64,000 nucleotides of DNA. Origin: Eremomyces bilateralis CBS 781.70 (Eukaryota). The number at the start of each line of letters is the position of its first letter. The first letter of the stretch is position 1. The stretch lies in assembly GCA_010015585.1 (NCBI GenBank), contig ML975162.1; one strand, written 5' to 3'. The position numbers and the translations under genes were made by a program. Below the pieces are notes generated by a model. It did no database searches, was not told the origin of the DNA, and saw only the letters and a program-made list of their open reading frames with translations. Shown piece by piece: positions 13,701 through 25,954 of this stretch.

Positions 13701-16700
13701 CATCGGGACCATTCAGGCATGCAATCTCATACTCGAACTTCGCCTGTTTCAAGAGGCCATCGCAGGCGTCTTTCTTGCTCTTGATCGCAAGCATGGAATG
13801 CGACCCACGAGAACACAGTTTGTCCAACAAAGATGCTCGATTCCCAACCAAGAAAATGGTGTCGGCCTCGGATATGACGCCAGCAGCGTTCAAGGCAGCA
13901 TATTCTCCGAGGCTGTGGCCGACAACTGCAGAGGGAAAAATGCCGAAACCTGTCCACAAGCGGACTAATGCCATTTGCATGGATGTGGTTGCGAGCTGAG
14001 TGGCGAAGGGGGAGAATTCCTCGTCTGCGTTCTCGGAAAGAATGTACGGCAAGATAGAGGGGAAGCCATTGACTTGGCAAATGCGATCGTATCGATCAAT
14101 ATCCGTCCGATAGGATGAGAACGCATTGTAGAAATCCTTGCTCATCCCAGGATGCTGTGCTCCTTGGCCAGTGAAGGCAAAGACGACATTTGGAGAGCCT
14201 TTCGGTCGGCTAAGACCTTCACCTTTCTCCAGAGCTATTTGAAGCTTAGACCGGACCTCATCGACAGTTGTGCCAGAGACGATAACTCGATGGGGATGAT
14301 GCATACGTCTCGCGGTAGTTGTGTACGACAATTGCGGGAGAGTCCAGCCATTTCCGCCTTCCCGAAGGAATTTGATCAAACTCTCGATGTTCTTGGTCAG
14401 CGAATCCGCACACTTGGCGGATATGGCAACGGGATGAACAGTGCGCCGGTCGACGCCACCCTCCGGAACACAGAGCGGAGCATCTTCGACCAACACGCTT
14501 GAATTTCCTCCGGCGGCACTGAAATTATTGACTAGTGCCCGTCGTTTGCGAACAGCATCTCGCTTCCATGGCTTCGCTTCACGGGCGATAAAGACGTTGC
14601 GCTGCTCCATATCTGTTGGGAAGTTGTGGTTGATCTTGTTCTTAATCCCGACATGTGGCGGAATCGTATTCTTCTGCAGCATCAGGAGGAGCTTGACAAG
14701 CGCAGTAACTCCGGATGCAGACTCGCCATGCCCGACATTTGCTTTTGCGGATCCAAGATGCAACGACTGGTCGGCACTGCGAGACTTACGATTTGAAGTG
14801 GGAGCAAATGTGGTCAGGACGGACTCCATCTCTCTCGCATCACCGGCTTGTGTGCCTGTACCATGCATCTCAATGTAGTCAATGTCATAGGGATCGACAT
14901 TCGTCTCGTTCAGCAATTTATCGAAGATTGCAGTCTGTGCGCCGACATGAGGGCGAGTAATGGACTCAGCTTCAGCCGAGTGGTTGGTAGAGGCGCTGAG
15001 AATAACGCCCAGAATCGGGTCTTTATCCGCAATAGCGTCCTCCATGCGCTTGAGAATGAGCGTGCCGACGCCATCGCCTCGGCAATATCCATCAGCGCCG
15101 TCATCAAAGGTCTGGCAATTCCCAGTCCGCGAAAGGAAGTGGCCGCGGTCAAGTCCGGCGGTGACATCGGGGTTAGTCATGATATTGGTGCCTCCTGCAA
15201 TCGCCGTATCGCAGTCCTTGATCCACAGCGAGTTGCATGCCACGTGGATTGCTGCTAAGCTCGACGAGCAAGCAGTGTCGACACTGTAGCTAGGTCCGCT
15301 GAATTTGAAGTAGTAGTTGATCCTTCCCGGCGTAAAAGCACGGTTTCCGCCTGGAATGAAGTACGCATCGATGTTTTGCGGACTGTTGGTTTCGCACCAA
15401 TCGTTGCTCGTCATGCCGTAGAAGACACCCACACGATCGCGTTGGGTCGACGGCGTGGCGTCTGGTACGATTCCAGCCATTTCGAGGGCTTCGTATGCGG
15501 TGAGGAGGGCGAGACGCTGGGCAGGGTCCACTTGCGGCGCTTCGCGAGGGGACATATTGAAGAATCTGGCATCGAATAACCCGGCATCCTGGATCCAACA
15601 ACCATAAGGCGTCATACTGGTGTTCTTGCGATGGTCGTCGGAGACATGTGTCTTGACATCCCATCTCGTTGCAGGAGCTTCTTGGTGGACGTCAAGACCC
15701 TGATGAAGCAGGTCCCAGAACGCTTCTGTGCTGTTGGCCTCGGGGAACCGCCCAGACATGCCAACAATGGCAATCTTGGATTTTCCAGTGCATGATTCTC
15801 CCTTCAAATCTTCTGTTGCTGCTCCAGGCCGTCGGAGTTCAACCTCCAAGCTCTTCTCCATTGCCTGAACAAGGCCCTGAGCCGCCACAGTGGCGATAGG
15901 GTGAACGATTGCTTTCGTGACATTTTCTGCTGCCAACCAGCTTGGCGCTTCTTCATGGATCTTATCCAAGCGTAATGGCGCCGTAAGACATTCTTCCAAA
16001 GCCATCTGATAAGCTGATTTGAGGTCCGGTGCTGTCATTGACTTTCCAGTGAGGTTGGAGATGACAGGAAACTTGCACGGACGGCTGCCAATTTCCGCGC
16101 CCATTTTTGACAGCAGGGTGTCAACATCTTCCTTGGAATACAGCTCTGGAGCATGATAGGGAGCATAAATACAGCTCTTGATGCTTCCACGAGCCGCCAT
16201 GCCCTCCGATTGGAGGAATGCCTGCAGAGTTGAGGGGGAACCACTGATGGTGAGACCCTTTAGCGCAACCGCACTTACATACGGCCTCACTGAAGGTGGT
16301 AGAGCCTGCAATGAATCAGTAACAATCCTTTGCGGAGCTAAGGGGAAACATACATTTGACTCAATATATTGCTGAAGCAATGCTTCCGTTTCAGCCACTG
16401 AGACATTCGGGACCAATACCGACCATGATCCTTCTTCGGTCCCACATCCAATGCGCTCTTTCACGTCAGCAGCAAGCAGTCCTGCTCGAAATGAGAGTAG
16501 AACCGTCTCAACTGCGATTCCAACGAGTGACTGGACAGAGTGAGCTCCACTCACTGCCACGGCAGAGAGGAGCCCGGTACATAGTCCCAATAGATGTGTA
16601 TTTGATTCACTGGGAAAGCCAACTTTCTGATTATTGCATTCGCTGACCGCCAATCAGTATCAATCACATTAGGCTCAGTCGAAAGTCATACCTGATGAAT

Positions 16701-16978
16701 AAGCCCAGCTGATGGATACAGGTGAACGCCGTCTCAAGAGCAGGATTCGCCTTTCCTTCCTTGCTACGACTGAGAAGCTCGACAAGACTGGAATGTCTTG
16801 GGAACTCTGAGCGCTTCTGGTAGGTAAGGGACCCGATTTCTTGCCTCAAGGCCTGATAACTTTGGCTGAAGAAGGTGGAGAGAAAAGGTTGGGTCTTGTC
16901 ATGGAGCAAACGTCGGATTCCGGCGTCGTACTCGGCAGTCTGGTCCCCAAAGAGATAGATATTGGATTCTGAAGCCAT
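10724..16978 (-). CDS. Iterative non-reducing polyketide synthase, SAT-KS-AT-PT-ACP-TE (~2034 aa)
   Basis: SAT LFGDQT and GLCTG; KS DTACSSS, HGTGTQAGD, KANVGHGESASG; AT GHSLGEY and YAFHS; PT GHKVNG..CTPSVY and HPCYIDSLGQ; one ACP GVDSL; TE GGWSAGG, DSP, NHFTM. Introns 16691-16643, 16353-16306 and 12135-12083 give an uninterrupted frame. Confidence 0.97.
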
Positions 16979-17069
16979 GGTGCCAGAGAATCCGCCTTGG
17001 GAAGTTGAATTGCGGATGCTGGCCTGGCTGTTGTATAGAATCAGGGCACAACAACTCGGGCAGTGAGAG

Positions 17070-17105
17070 CTATATAAGAGTAAGCTTCAAGCTCAAGCTT
17101 GAGCT
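17070..17105 (-). promoter_or_regulatory. Putative PKS core promoter: TATA-like element next to a perfect 16-bp palindrome AGCTCAAGCTTGAGCT (17090-17105)
   Basis: TATATA lies ~95 bp upstream of the PKS ATG and the palindrome is seen directly. Function is inferred from position only. Confidence 0.45.
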
Positions 17106-19725
17106 CGCAATTCTGACCGGTTGGTGAATTCACAAGCGCGGAACTCAATGAGCTCCTGCGTTGGCGTGCGTCCCTGCGTATGCGTTGCTTGTTGATATTG
17201 GTCGTCTATCCTTGATAACCACGTTCCCGAGAGAGAGGATATCCCGCGGGTCCCCGGTGCAAGCGAAGATAGTCGAACTGAGGTCTGAGCTCGAATTGAG
17301 GACTTCTACTGGCTCTGCAACGACGTTCCCTGCATTCTCGAGATATCAATGTACCCTAACTGGTCCTTGAATACAATGGGATTCGTATTATCATGAAATC
17401 CTAATCATCATCAGCGATACCGAGGGCCCTGCCTCAATTGGCGATAGTCGCACAGAACCCCGTTCGGGACGTTTGTACTTTGGAGTCTTGGCCTAAGGTC
17501 GTAATTAGAAGCCTACACGACCGGGGAGACTCTATTAATCGAAGCTAAGCGGATTACCTGCGCCGTGTCGCGGGTGGCGGTAAAATCGTTCGCCTAGTCC
17601 ATAGCGGAAGCGGGGGCATACGGTTCGAGGTAGGCAGATATTTTCCAGATAGTATTACGTGCGAGGGAGCACAACCCCACCGCATCAGTGGACACAAGCC
17701 TGAGAAGTGGGAACATGGTAGGTACCTCCAAGGTTAAGTCTCTCATCAATCATGCAGAGGGCTTTGCCTGCAGAAAACTAATCTGAAGGGGGAAAGAGCA
17801 GAACGTGCACCAGAGCATGGCTCATCCTGTCATCCACGGTCTACCGATTGCTCACATCGTGACGGCGACGGCGAGGATGTAATAAGAACTGAACGCGAGT
17901 CAGTGGCACGGCTGGCACCATGTGGAAAGTGAAAATAGCTGCGCCAAGATGGCGTTGGATTCCTTGCAGCGTTAATAGGATCTGATCTTCAGCGCGGCCC
18001 GCGGTGATTTTAATCGCCACGATGGAAACACGACGATCGTGTCATGATTCAAGAATATCAAGATGGAGGTTCATTTTAGCTTTTGAAGTTCAAAGATTTC
18101 CCCGACAGCCTGGAAACACTCACGTTCGCAGCGTTTAGAGCCGCATCTTAATTCAGATCTTGTGTAACCCAAGAATCACCGTGGAGGTCGATGATGCTCC
18201 AATTGTTGGCAGAGACGGGATGGAATTGTAGGATTCGTTTGCTGCGTGCATAGTTGGCGGCACAAATGCATGCGCCCCTCCAATGGTATGAATATTGCTA
18301 GGATCCCTTGGTCCTCCAGTCTCGTATGGATCGCGTGATGGTGGTTTGAACGTGGAGATGATTGCACGGCTTCTACTCTTTCTAGAACTCCCTAGTCGTG
18401 GCGGCGCAATAGGTGTACCCGATGCCAGCTCATTGCCTGGGATCCACAGCGGAAGAAGAACCTAAAATGCAGTTCGGCCGGTAGCTCGCAATTTGCTGCA
18501 ACACCGCTGGTCCCATAGATGTGGTTCGTTCAGGCCATGGAAGTCTAAACGTGATATCTTCGAGACATTCGATGCGGTTGACGGTCAACTGTTAGACGAT
18601 TGTAAACGATATCAGTGCTTTGAAAGCGTCAACCCTCATCTTGCTGCGAATGCTTACGAGACAGACCCCGGGCCGCGCTCCGGGCCAGGTTCCTGTCCAC
18701 AATACGAGCCCTCAGCATTCCAGAAGAACGGTACGTATCTCTCTATCACTCGCCAGATGCATTAGCGCGTTGGCCAGTTTCACGTTAACATATTAGGAAG
18801 CGCAGGAAGCACGGCAGGTTGTATTAGCGCGCCTCCATTGGGGTACCCAAGTGGTCTAGGTACCTACTTAGGTAGCTCGGAGAATCGGAGCATTTCCGCA
18901 AGCATCCCGTTATCCGATACCCTCATGCGAATGGACACTGACCACGTCACTCAACGGATTCTTCGGTTCCCCGCCATTGGCTCCGTGAAGGGCATGAACT
19001 GCAATGACATTCCATTCTGGAGAGCGGATATCTGTTACCATGAAATGCGCTAGGGAAGGCAAGGTCATGGCATGGTTGAAGGCTGAACGGTGAACGGCAT
19101 TATCCGTATGGCCTGGAGTTTGGAACTTTGAATCGAAAGTCATCGGATGGATCGGACATTCGGACGAGCCATATTGCGATGTGTACGGGGTACACATGAT
19201 GTTTAATTGGTATCCCGCACGTTCCAACCCCAAGACGGGTCCCTCTCGGTTACCTCGCGGTCCGAGCCTTTCCTCGAATCCTTTGAGCACCTCCGATTGG
19301 TGGCGTTCGACTTTCGAGACGAAAAGAGGCCGCCGATCGCGGAGGAATTTGGGGACTGAGGTGTGTCGTTATCAAAATTCTAATCAGAAGTTTAATCGCA
19401 TGTCTGTGGTCACGTGCAGGGTGGCCTGGAGCTCATCACATCAAATCGAACGCCGCCCCTCCGCCATGTCATTGCTGGGCCGAGATGTGGGGGTACATGT
19501 ATGGGGGAGATATCTAATACTCTTACTCCAGACTATACGAACTACGGGCGACGAAGTACCGTGTTTTCGGATCGTGATGTCCCATATTCCATGTCCCATT
19601 TGCATTCCCAACGACATCGGTTGCGATCCAACCGACGCACATAACTGAAACGTGAGCGCGGTTTCCGTCAGCTCTACAATATGCAAACTGTAAACTATAA
19701 ACAGCCACCTGCATCTAGCTTCATA

Positions 19726-21019
19726 TCATTTCCGTTTGTAGACACCCAACGCCCAGGCACAGCGCAGCACCGCAAGTCCCCATGCCATCCCGAGACTGGC
19801 CCACACCACATTCAGTTTCGAGCCTGGGACCTCTTTCCACCCGATTGGGACCTCTACCATCGGGACCCTCGCACTTTCTGCCAACATGAGCATCTCCACG
19901 TCGAAGATCCATCCCTCGGAATGCATGAAGGGCACTATGTCTGGGAGCGAAGCCCGACTGAAAAGTTTAAATCCGCACTGTGTATCTTTGATTGATGCGG
20001 TGGCTGGCGGGGTGAGGATCCAGAGCAATAGGTGGAATGAGTGCATGAGAAAGTTTCGAAGCATGGAACGCTGTCGGTAACGAGCTGGTCAGCTAATCTG
20101 CGACTGCCGGACCGAGAAGTTCGACGTACCTTGACCACAACCTCGCTTCCCACGAGGTGTGCACGGGAGCCGATGGCTACAGCTCTCCCATGTTCATCTT
20201 CTGCTGCCTGGCATGCCTTCAACAGCCCTGCAATATCGCTAAACTGGCTGGCGCCATCCGCATCCGCAAAGACGATGTATTGCCCTCGCACGTGACGCAT
20301 CCCATGCACAACGGCGCCGCCTTTGCCTCTGTTGTGCTCTAGGGAAATAACCCGAAGACAACCCCGCCCATATGTGCCGGAGGAGCCATCCTTTGTTTCA
20401 GCGCCTTGATCCTCGATCAAACCCCTTTCTCGAGCGAATGCGATCGCCTTGTCTTCCGTCTTATCGGTTGATCCATCGGACACTACGAGTATCTCCCATC
20501 CCTGTACGGCTTCGGTGGACTTCGACCAGCCTGCGGATCCGTCCGATTTCGACCGTAAGAATGACACCGCCTCATCAAGCATCACGCCTAAGCGCTTCTC
20601 TTCATTGTAGGCCGGCACCACAACGGAAAGAAGCAGTTCGGCGTCGTCAATCTTGGGTCGCGGTGCATGGCCGGGTATCGTCGGTTCGGAGAAGGTGAGC
20701 TGCTTCGCTGCTTTCCAGCGGTCGATCCAGCATGGCAATTGTTTCGGCCCAGAAACCTTCCCATTGCGCAGTACCGTGCGAAACGCCTTCTCACCAGGCC
20801 TGGACTCTCGAGGAATAGGGGCAGCGATGACAAGGAGAGTGTACAACTGGCGTACTGGTGAGCAATCAGCCTCGAATTGGATCAAGCGACTCTTACGAGG
20901 AACACGGCAGTTATGATAAGTAGGATAGAGACAGCTAGAAGCACGGCTACAGGTGCCCTACGTAGGTAGGTCCATGGCAATTGGATGAGAGGATGCCAGG
21001 ACTGACTACCTGTATCCAT
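19726..21019 (-). CDS. ALG5: Dolichyl-phosphate beta-glucosyltransferase
   Basis: N-terminal TM exon; LSVVVPAYNEEKRL, NRGKGGAVVHGMRHVRG, FADADGASQF, GSRAHL, DTQCGFKLF, WIFDVEML, WKEVPGSKL. Two introns (~20895-20844, ~20129-20074). Confidence 0.95.
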
Positions 21020-22043
21020 CACCAAGGCGGCATTAGGGGTAGGCAAATGAAATAAAACGGCGGGAAATATGGCAGGACTATTCCATCGACCGAGCCCAAA
21101 GAGTGACAAGGACACACAATCCGAGATGTGCAGAGTGGTTTATCGCATGGCAAGCAGTGGCTCAGAAAATCAGAATGGTCAAAGGTGTCAAGTTCAACAT
21201 CGACAGCTTCGCGAATCAAGTGCCGCGCAGCCAATCGAGATCTTCAGGGTCTGGGATATTTCCCCTGCACGGCGATCCCCGCAATAACAGAACTCGTGGT
21301 GCTGTCCAATCACGTACAAATCCCTAAATTTCGCATATGACGTGCTGTTCGAAACAACGCTGAGGTGCTGAGCTTGAGCCCAGGCTGACGCGGTGACGCC
21401 TACTGAGATTTGAGCGCCTGAGACCGACGCCTACTAGAATGTATAAATTGGCTCTTAGGCGTAAATTCGCCGCTCCTCAGGTGTTTTACCCATTCGTTTG
21501 CGTTATAATTCCCTGCTGGTCAATATCTCCTGAATGTGCATGCGTGTTATTGGTGTCGTTGGAGGGGAGAGGAATCTCGACCTTCGTTTGTCAATGATTT
21601 CATTTTGCCAATCACACTAAGTGGGAGATATATTGTCCACATCGCATTCAAACCGGCTAAAAAATTGAAGTCTAAGAGTGTTGAGCGCTGATTAGTCCTT
21701 TCAAAGTCCAAGTCTCTCTTTCTCTATCTTGTTTCCTCGCGACCATGTAACCATTTTCACCAGGCTTGCGTTTTGAGTCCCCTCCTAGTCACACGCTCTG
21801 CTCCTTTTCCTCAAACAAGACGGCCTAGCTGAACTTGTCGCAGCCTTGAAGGGTTGGAGTTGGTTGGACATGCGGACCTTTATCTTTCTTTGGATTGTCC
21901 GAAGCCGTTCGATAACCGCGCCCAAGCGATTGTTTGCACTGTCAGCAGGCCCAATATCGCCCCCGTTTCTTCCATATCACGACTATCAATTGCCTCCCGT
22001 GGTTGTTTCCGTCTCCGGTCTTTCAGTCATCATCTGAGCAAGA

Positions 22044-22599
22044 TTAGGCAGCGGCAGTCAGACACGTTTTGCCCTCTGAATGGTCACCGGTCAAGCTCCG
22101 GGAACGTCTTCGGAGAAAATTGAGGCAATGATAGCGGGTACTCTCGGAGACGGTTATGGACATTACATCAAAGGCACAATGTTTTGAGCGTCCCCTGTTT
22201 GCGCTCGTACATGGACGCACCGAGGCGGGAGTGGAGGCCACACCGGCCCGGAGGCATCCTCCCCACAGCCCTATGACTGTTTTCCCATAGGAGTAGCAGT
22301 ATCCGTTCCTTATGTTCTTGAGCCGACATCATCCTGTGATCACGCAGGAGTTTCAAAACTTGCTCTGCTGAGATGAAGTTGGGAGATTGTCAAGTGATGG
22401 AACCACGTTGGTAATTCGCCGCTTTTACAGCGTCCAATGGCATCCCTTGCCCTGGGCATACCTCGAAGTCATTTATTTTCCAATGGAAGGATGCATTACC
22501 TTGGGTGGTAGGACATTGGTTTCGTCCTAAGACAAGACTTAAACACTGTACGACAGCAATGAACAAATATAAGGCTGGGGTTGTTATGAGCGGCCTCAT
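22044..22599 (-). other. Possible small secreted Cys-containing peptide gene or pseudogene
   Basis: Hydrophobic signal-like N-terminus (MRPLITTPALYLFIAVVQCLSLVLG) and a plausible intron 22461-22368. The spliced frame meets TGA at 22355 and 22331 before a Cys/Gly-rich stretch. No family recognised. Confidence 0.3.
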
Positions 22600-23509
22600 G
22601 GCCTCATGGTCCGCGGCCCTCGCCCATCAGTAATACCAATAGGCGCTGGGCTTGGGCATGACAAATGCCGAACGCGCCGAATGCAGCTTCAGCGTAGGCC
22701 CTTATCCACCAGCTGCGCTCCATAGCTGTGCCAGGCCTCATTTCATGGTGTAACTCTATTATCCTCCGAATTGGTCCACCTTTGCGTAAGGGCTCGAAGG
22801 CCATACTCTAGAGCAAATTTCAGGCAATCAAGCAACAAGGATCTTTGACTGGATTTCAATAGAATTCAGAGTGCATGCAGCCATGCACACCGAAACGATA
22901 ATCCAATTTTCGGGCTGCCTCGCGAGGCCGTGGCCCGTGGCGAATGTGACGGGAATAGTGTCACATGTGTGTCACTTGTGCGGTTGTGCGGCTCTGCGGT
23001 TGCCTTAATTAATATGTGATGAGCGGACCAGAAATCCCCCCGAACAAATTCGCCAACGAGCACCCCCGCCCTCGGATCGTAGTGCTTTTTTATCCAGTGC
23101 ATTCGCATCGTATCTTAGGTTTCTCAATATATAAGTATCACAGGTCGATGAAAGCATCAGTATTATGTTAAATCCATAATTGAAAATGTCTAACTATGTG
23201 CTTGAAATAGATATGAGAGACTTCCACCCTCTAAACCATCTTCGCCTTGGGTAGACCCACCTAGCCTTGTCTAACCTGAGAGTAATAGACCTAAGCTGTT
23301 GTGTCATAAGTTTGCCTTCCTTTTCAACTACAAAGCTCTGGTTGAGCCGCTCATTTGGAGGACTTCGGTATTTCGTTATCCCTTTTTTCCACTCCTCTCA
23401 ATTTCAAATTTTCTGCTCTATGTTGCCCAGCTCAGCTTTTATCTCGTCGACCACATGATATACAATACGTCGGCGCATGTAGAGCATTGCTCGAAATCGT
23501 CGACTGCCC

Positions 23510-25954
23510 ATGGATCCGCGCTACGCCAAGTGGAAAAAGGACCACCAAATGCGGCAACAAAATGCGTCGCCCGAGCGTCCCAAATGCCCGTTCTGTCATC
23601 GGGAATTTGGAAATAATGAGAAGTACTTGACACACGCTAAGGAGGGTCATCTCGATGAAGTTCCCACCAGATATAAGTCCAATGAAGATTCAAAAAAGTG
23701 GTTTCTTGAAAGGTTGCATGGATGTTCTCCGTATGTGTTTCTATTTATCCTGGATTAGGGCTTGTCTGATGGTTCTAGTACCATTAAAGATGATATTAAA
23801 CAAGGCATAGGAAAGAGAAGAACAAACCGGCGTGGATTTAGTGCCAACACCACAGAGGTGCAGGATTCAGAGGTGCAGGATTCAGAGATGCTCGATATTT
23901 CCAATAAGCAAACATCCCCAACGCCGGACGTTCCAGGAGCAGGCCAACAGCCACGTAAAAGGAAGCAAGAGGACAACTTTCAGGAGCAAGTGAGGCAGGC
24001 ACCGAAGCAAAACCAGTCAAGAACTTCAAATCCAGATCCTAGAAATGCAGCTTCTAACCGAAGGAAGACCACCAGGCCGCCACAAGTCGCGACCTGGAGC
24101 GGTACCGCATCAACAGCATCCACATTAGGAAATGTCCCCAGGACTCCCGGGTCGACCGTACCATCCAATCCGGATTTGAGCAACTCAGCGTTACTTCGGC
24201 AGCCGCCCTCCAGACCTATCAGTCCCGAGCAACTTGCGGCGGAAGTTAAGAATATATATAGCGGGCTTATCATGGTGGAGACCAAGTGCATCCACGTCGT
24301 CCGAGCCCAGGCCCATGAGTGGGAGACTGCTGGAGGCCGGGATCCGCCGGAGTTAGAGGATGACCACTGGCAGGCCCTGATTGCGCTGCATAGGACCCTC
24401 CTTCATGAGCACCACGATTTTTTTTTGGCTTCTCAACATCCTTCTGCGAGTCCTGCTTTGCGTCGTTTGGCCGCCAAGTACTCCATGCCGGCCAGAATGT
24501 GGAAACATGGGATCCATTCCTTCCTGGAGTTGCTTCGCTACCGGCTTCCGGATTCTTTAGAGTATATGTTAGCCTTCATTTATCTTGCTTACCAGATAAT
24601 GGCGCTGCTTTATGAGACGGTCCCCTCGTTCAAGGAAACCTGGATCGAATGTTTGGGAGACTTGGCTCGTTATCGGATGGCAGTGGAAGATGAAGACCTT
24701 CGGGACCGAGAGATCTGGGCTGCAGTCGCTCGAGGTTGGTATACCATGGCGAATAATTTAATCCCGAATGTAGGCCGCCTGTATCACCACCTGGCGATAC
24801 TTTCTCGGCACAATCCTGTACAGCAGCTACACTTTTATTGCCGCTCTCTCATTGCTGTTCAGCCTTTCCTTAGCACCAGGGATTCGGTTTTGACTTTGAT
24901 GGATCCGATTTTGAATGGAACTAGCACAACGGTTGCGTCGCCGGAGGATAAGGCATACATTAAGACTCATGCTATGTTACTGAAGAGAGTGCAACTGGAC
25001 TCGGTGGAAGAGAGTAAAGCGGAATTTCTACGATTGCTGGAAGTTCATTTGAACGGGAAGACGGACTGGATCGCACGTGGCACTCATATGGCCATGTCGT
25101 GTATCGCAGCAATCTTCGAGTACGGATCAGAGGGGTCGGCATTGCGTCGGCTATACGATATTCGAGCGCGGGACCGGCTCGAGGCGCAGAAGGGTTCTAG
25201 TGGATCTGCGACGGTCACGTCCATGGAGCATGGCGTGCAGAGTTTGAAGATCCAGCAGCCTGATGAATCGTCGCGACCGGCGTTCTCTGCGGCATTACGT
25301 TTCAACCGAGATACGTTCAGCGTTGTTGCACAACACAAGACGAGACCGGATGTCATGGCATTCATCCACATCCAGCTGGTCTTCATTCTTTCCCTGGTCA
25401 AAGTCTTGGAGGAGAGTGCAGACGTTTCGAACGTTTACGACGCCAGCACTTACTTCAGTGCTGTGCCGTGGCAAGAGTTGGTCGATCTGCTCAACTATGC
25501 ATCATGTACGCAGTCGGGTTCCGAGCGAAGCCGAGCATCCTACACTCATTTAGATTTCCTCAGCACCATCCCGGCCGATTCGACTATTCCTGACGACGCC
25601 TTCCTGCGTGGGCAGGTCATCACTAAGGAGGTGTATCCGGAGAGTATTGACGCAGCGATACTCCAAGTCCCGGAAGAGGAGCGACTTGCCGAGAAGGGAA
25701 CAACCGCAAAGGCTCGGCTGGAACGAGTCCTGTATTTCGGGATTCAGATTGCACGCGCGGTATGTCGCTTCCATGACTTAGAGAGAAAATAAAATCTAAC
25801 ACACTTACAGCTCCCTCAGTATCTCCAGTATGACAAAGAGAGTGCTCTTTGGTCCGTTCCGCAACCCGAGACTGTTCAACATGGTTCCAAGAAGCTTGGT
25901 AGCAAACCTTTTGTATCATCTCTTACATCCTCTCCTCAAGTTGTAAATCCTTGA
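23510..25954 (+). CDS. Est1/SMG6-type DNA/RNA-binding (TPR-like) domain protein of filamentous fungi, with N-terminal C2H2-like motif
   Basis: Conserved block RPISPEQLAAEVKNIYSGL..WQALIALHRTLLHEHHDFFLASQHPSASPALRRLAAKYSMPARMWKHGIHSFLELLR..WIECLGDLARYRMA..GRLYHHLAIL. Exon 1 has CPFC-x12-H-x4-H. Introns 23731-23778 and 25760-25810 are in frame. Confidence 0.85.

Noticed and set aside
19307..19317. TCG-N5-CGA AflR-like site upstream of the PKS
   Set aside because: Single copy 2.3 kb away, a poor match to the stricter consensus, and expected by chance.
21439..21597. 52-aa ORF with internal CVII and CVLL motifs
   Set aside because: No terminal CAAX and no repeat structure; compatible with chance.
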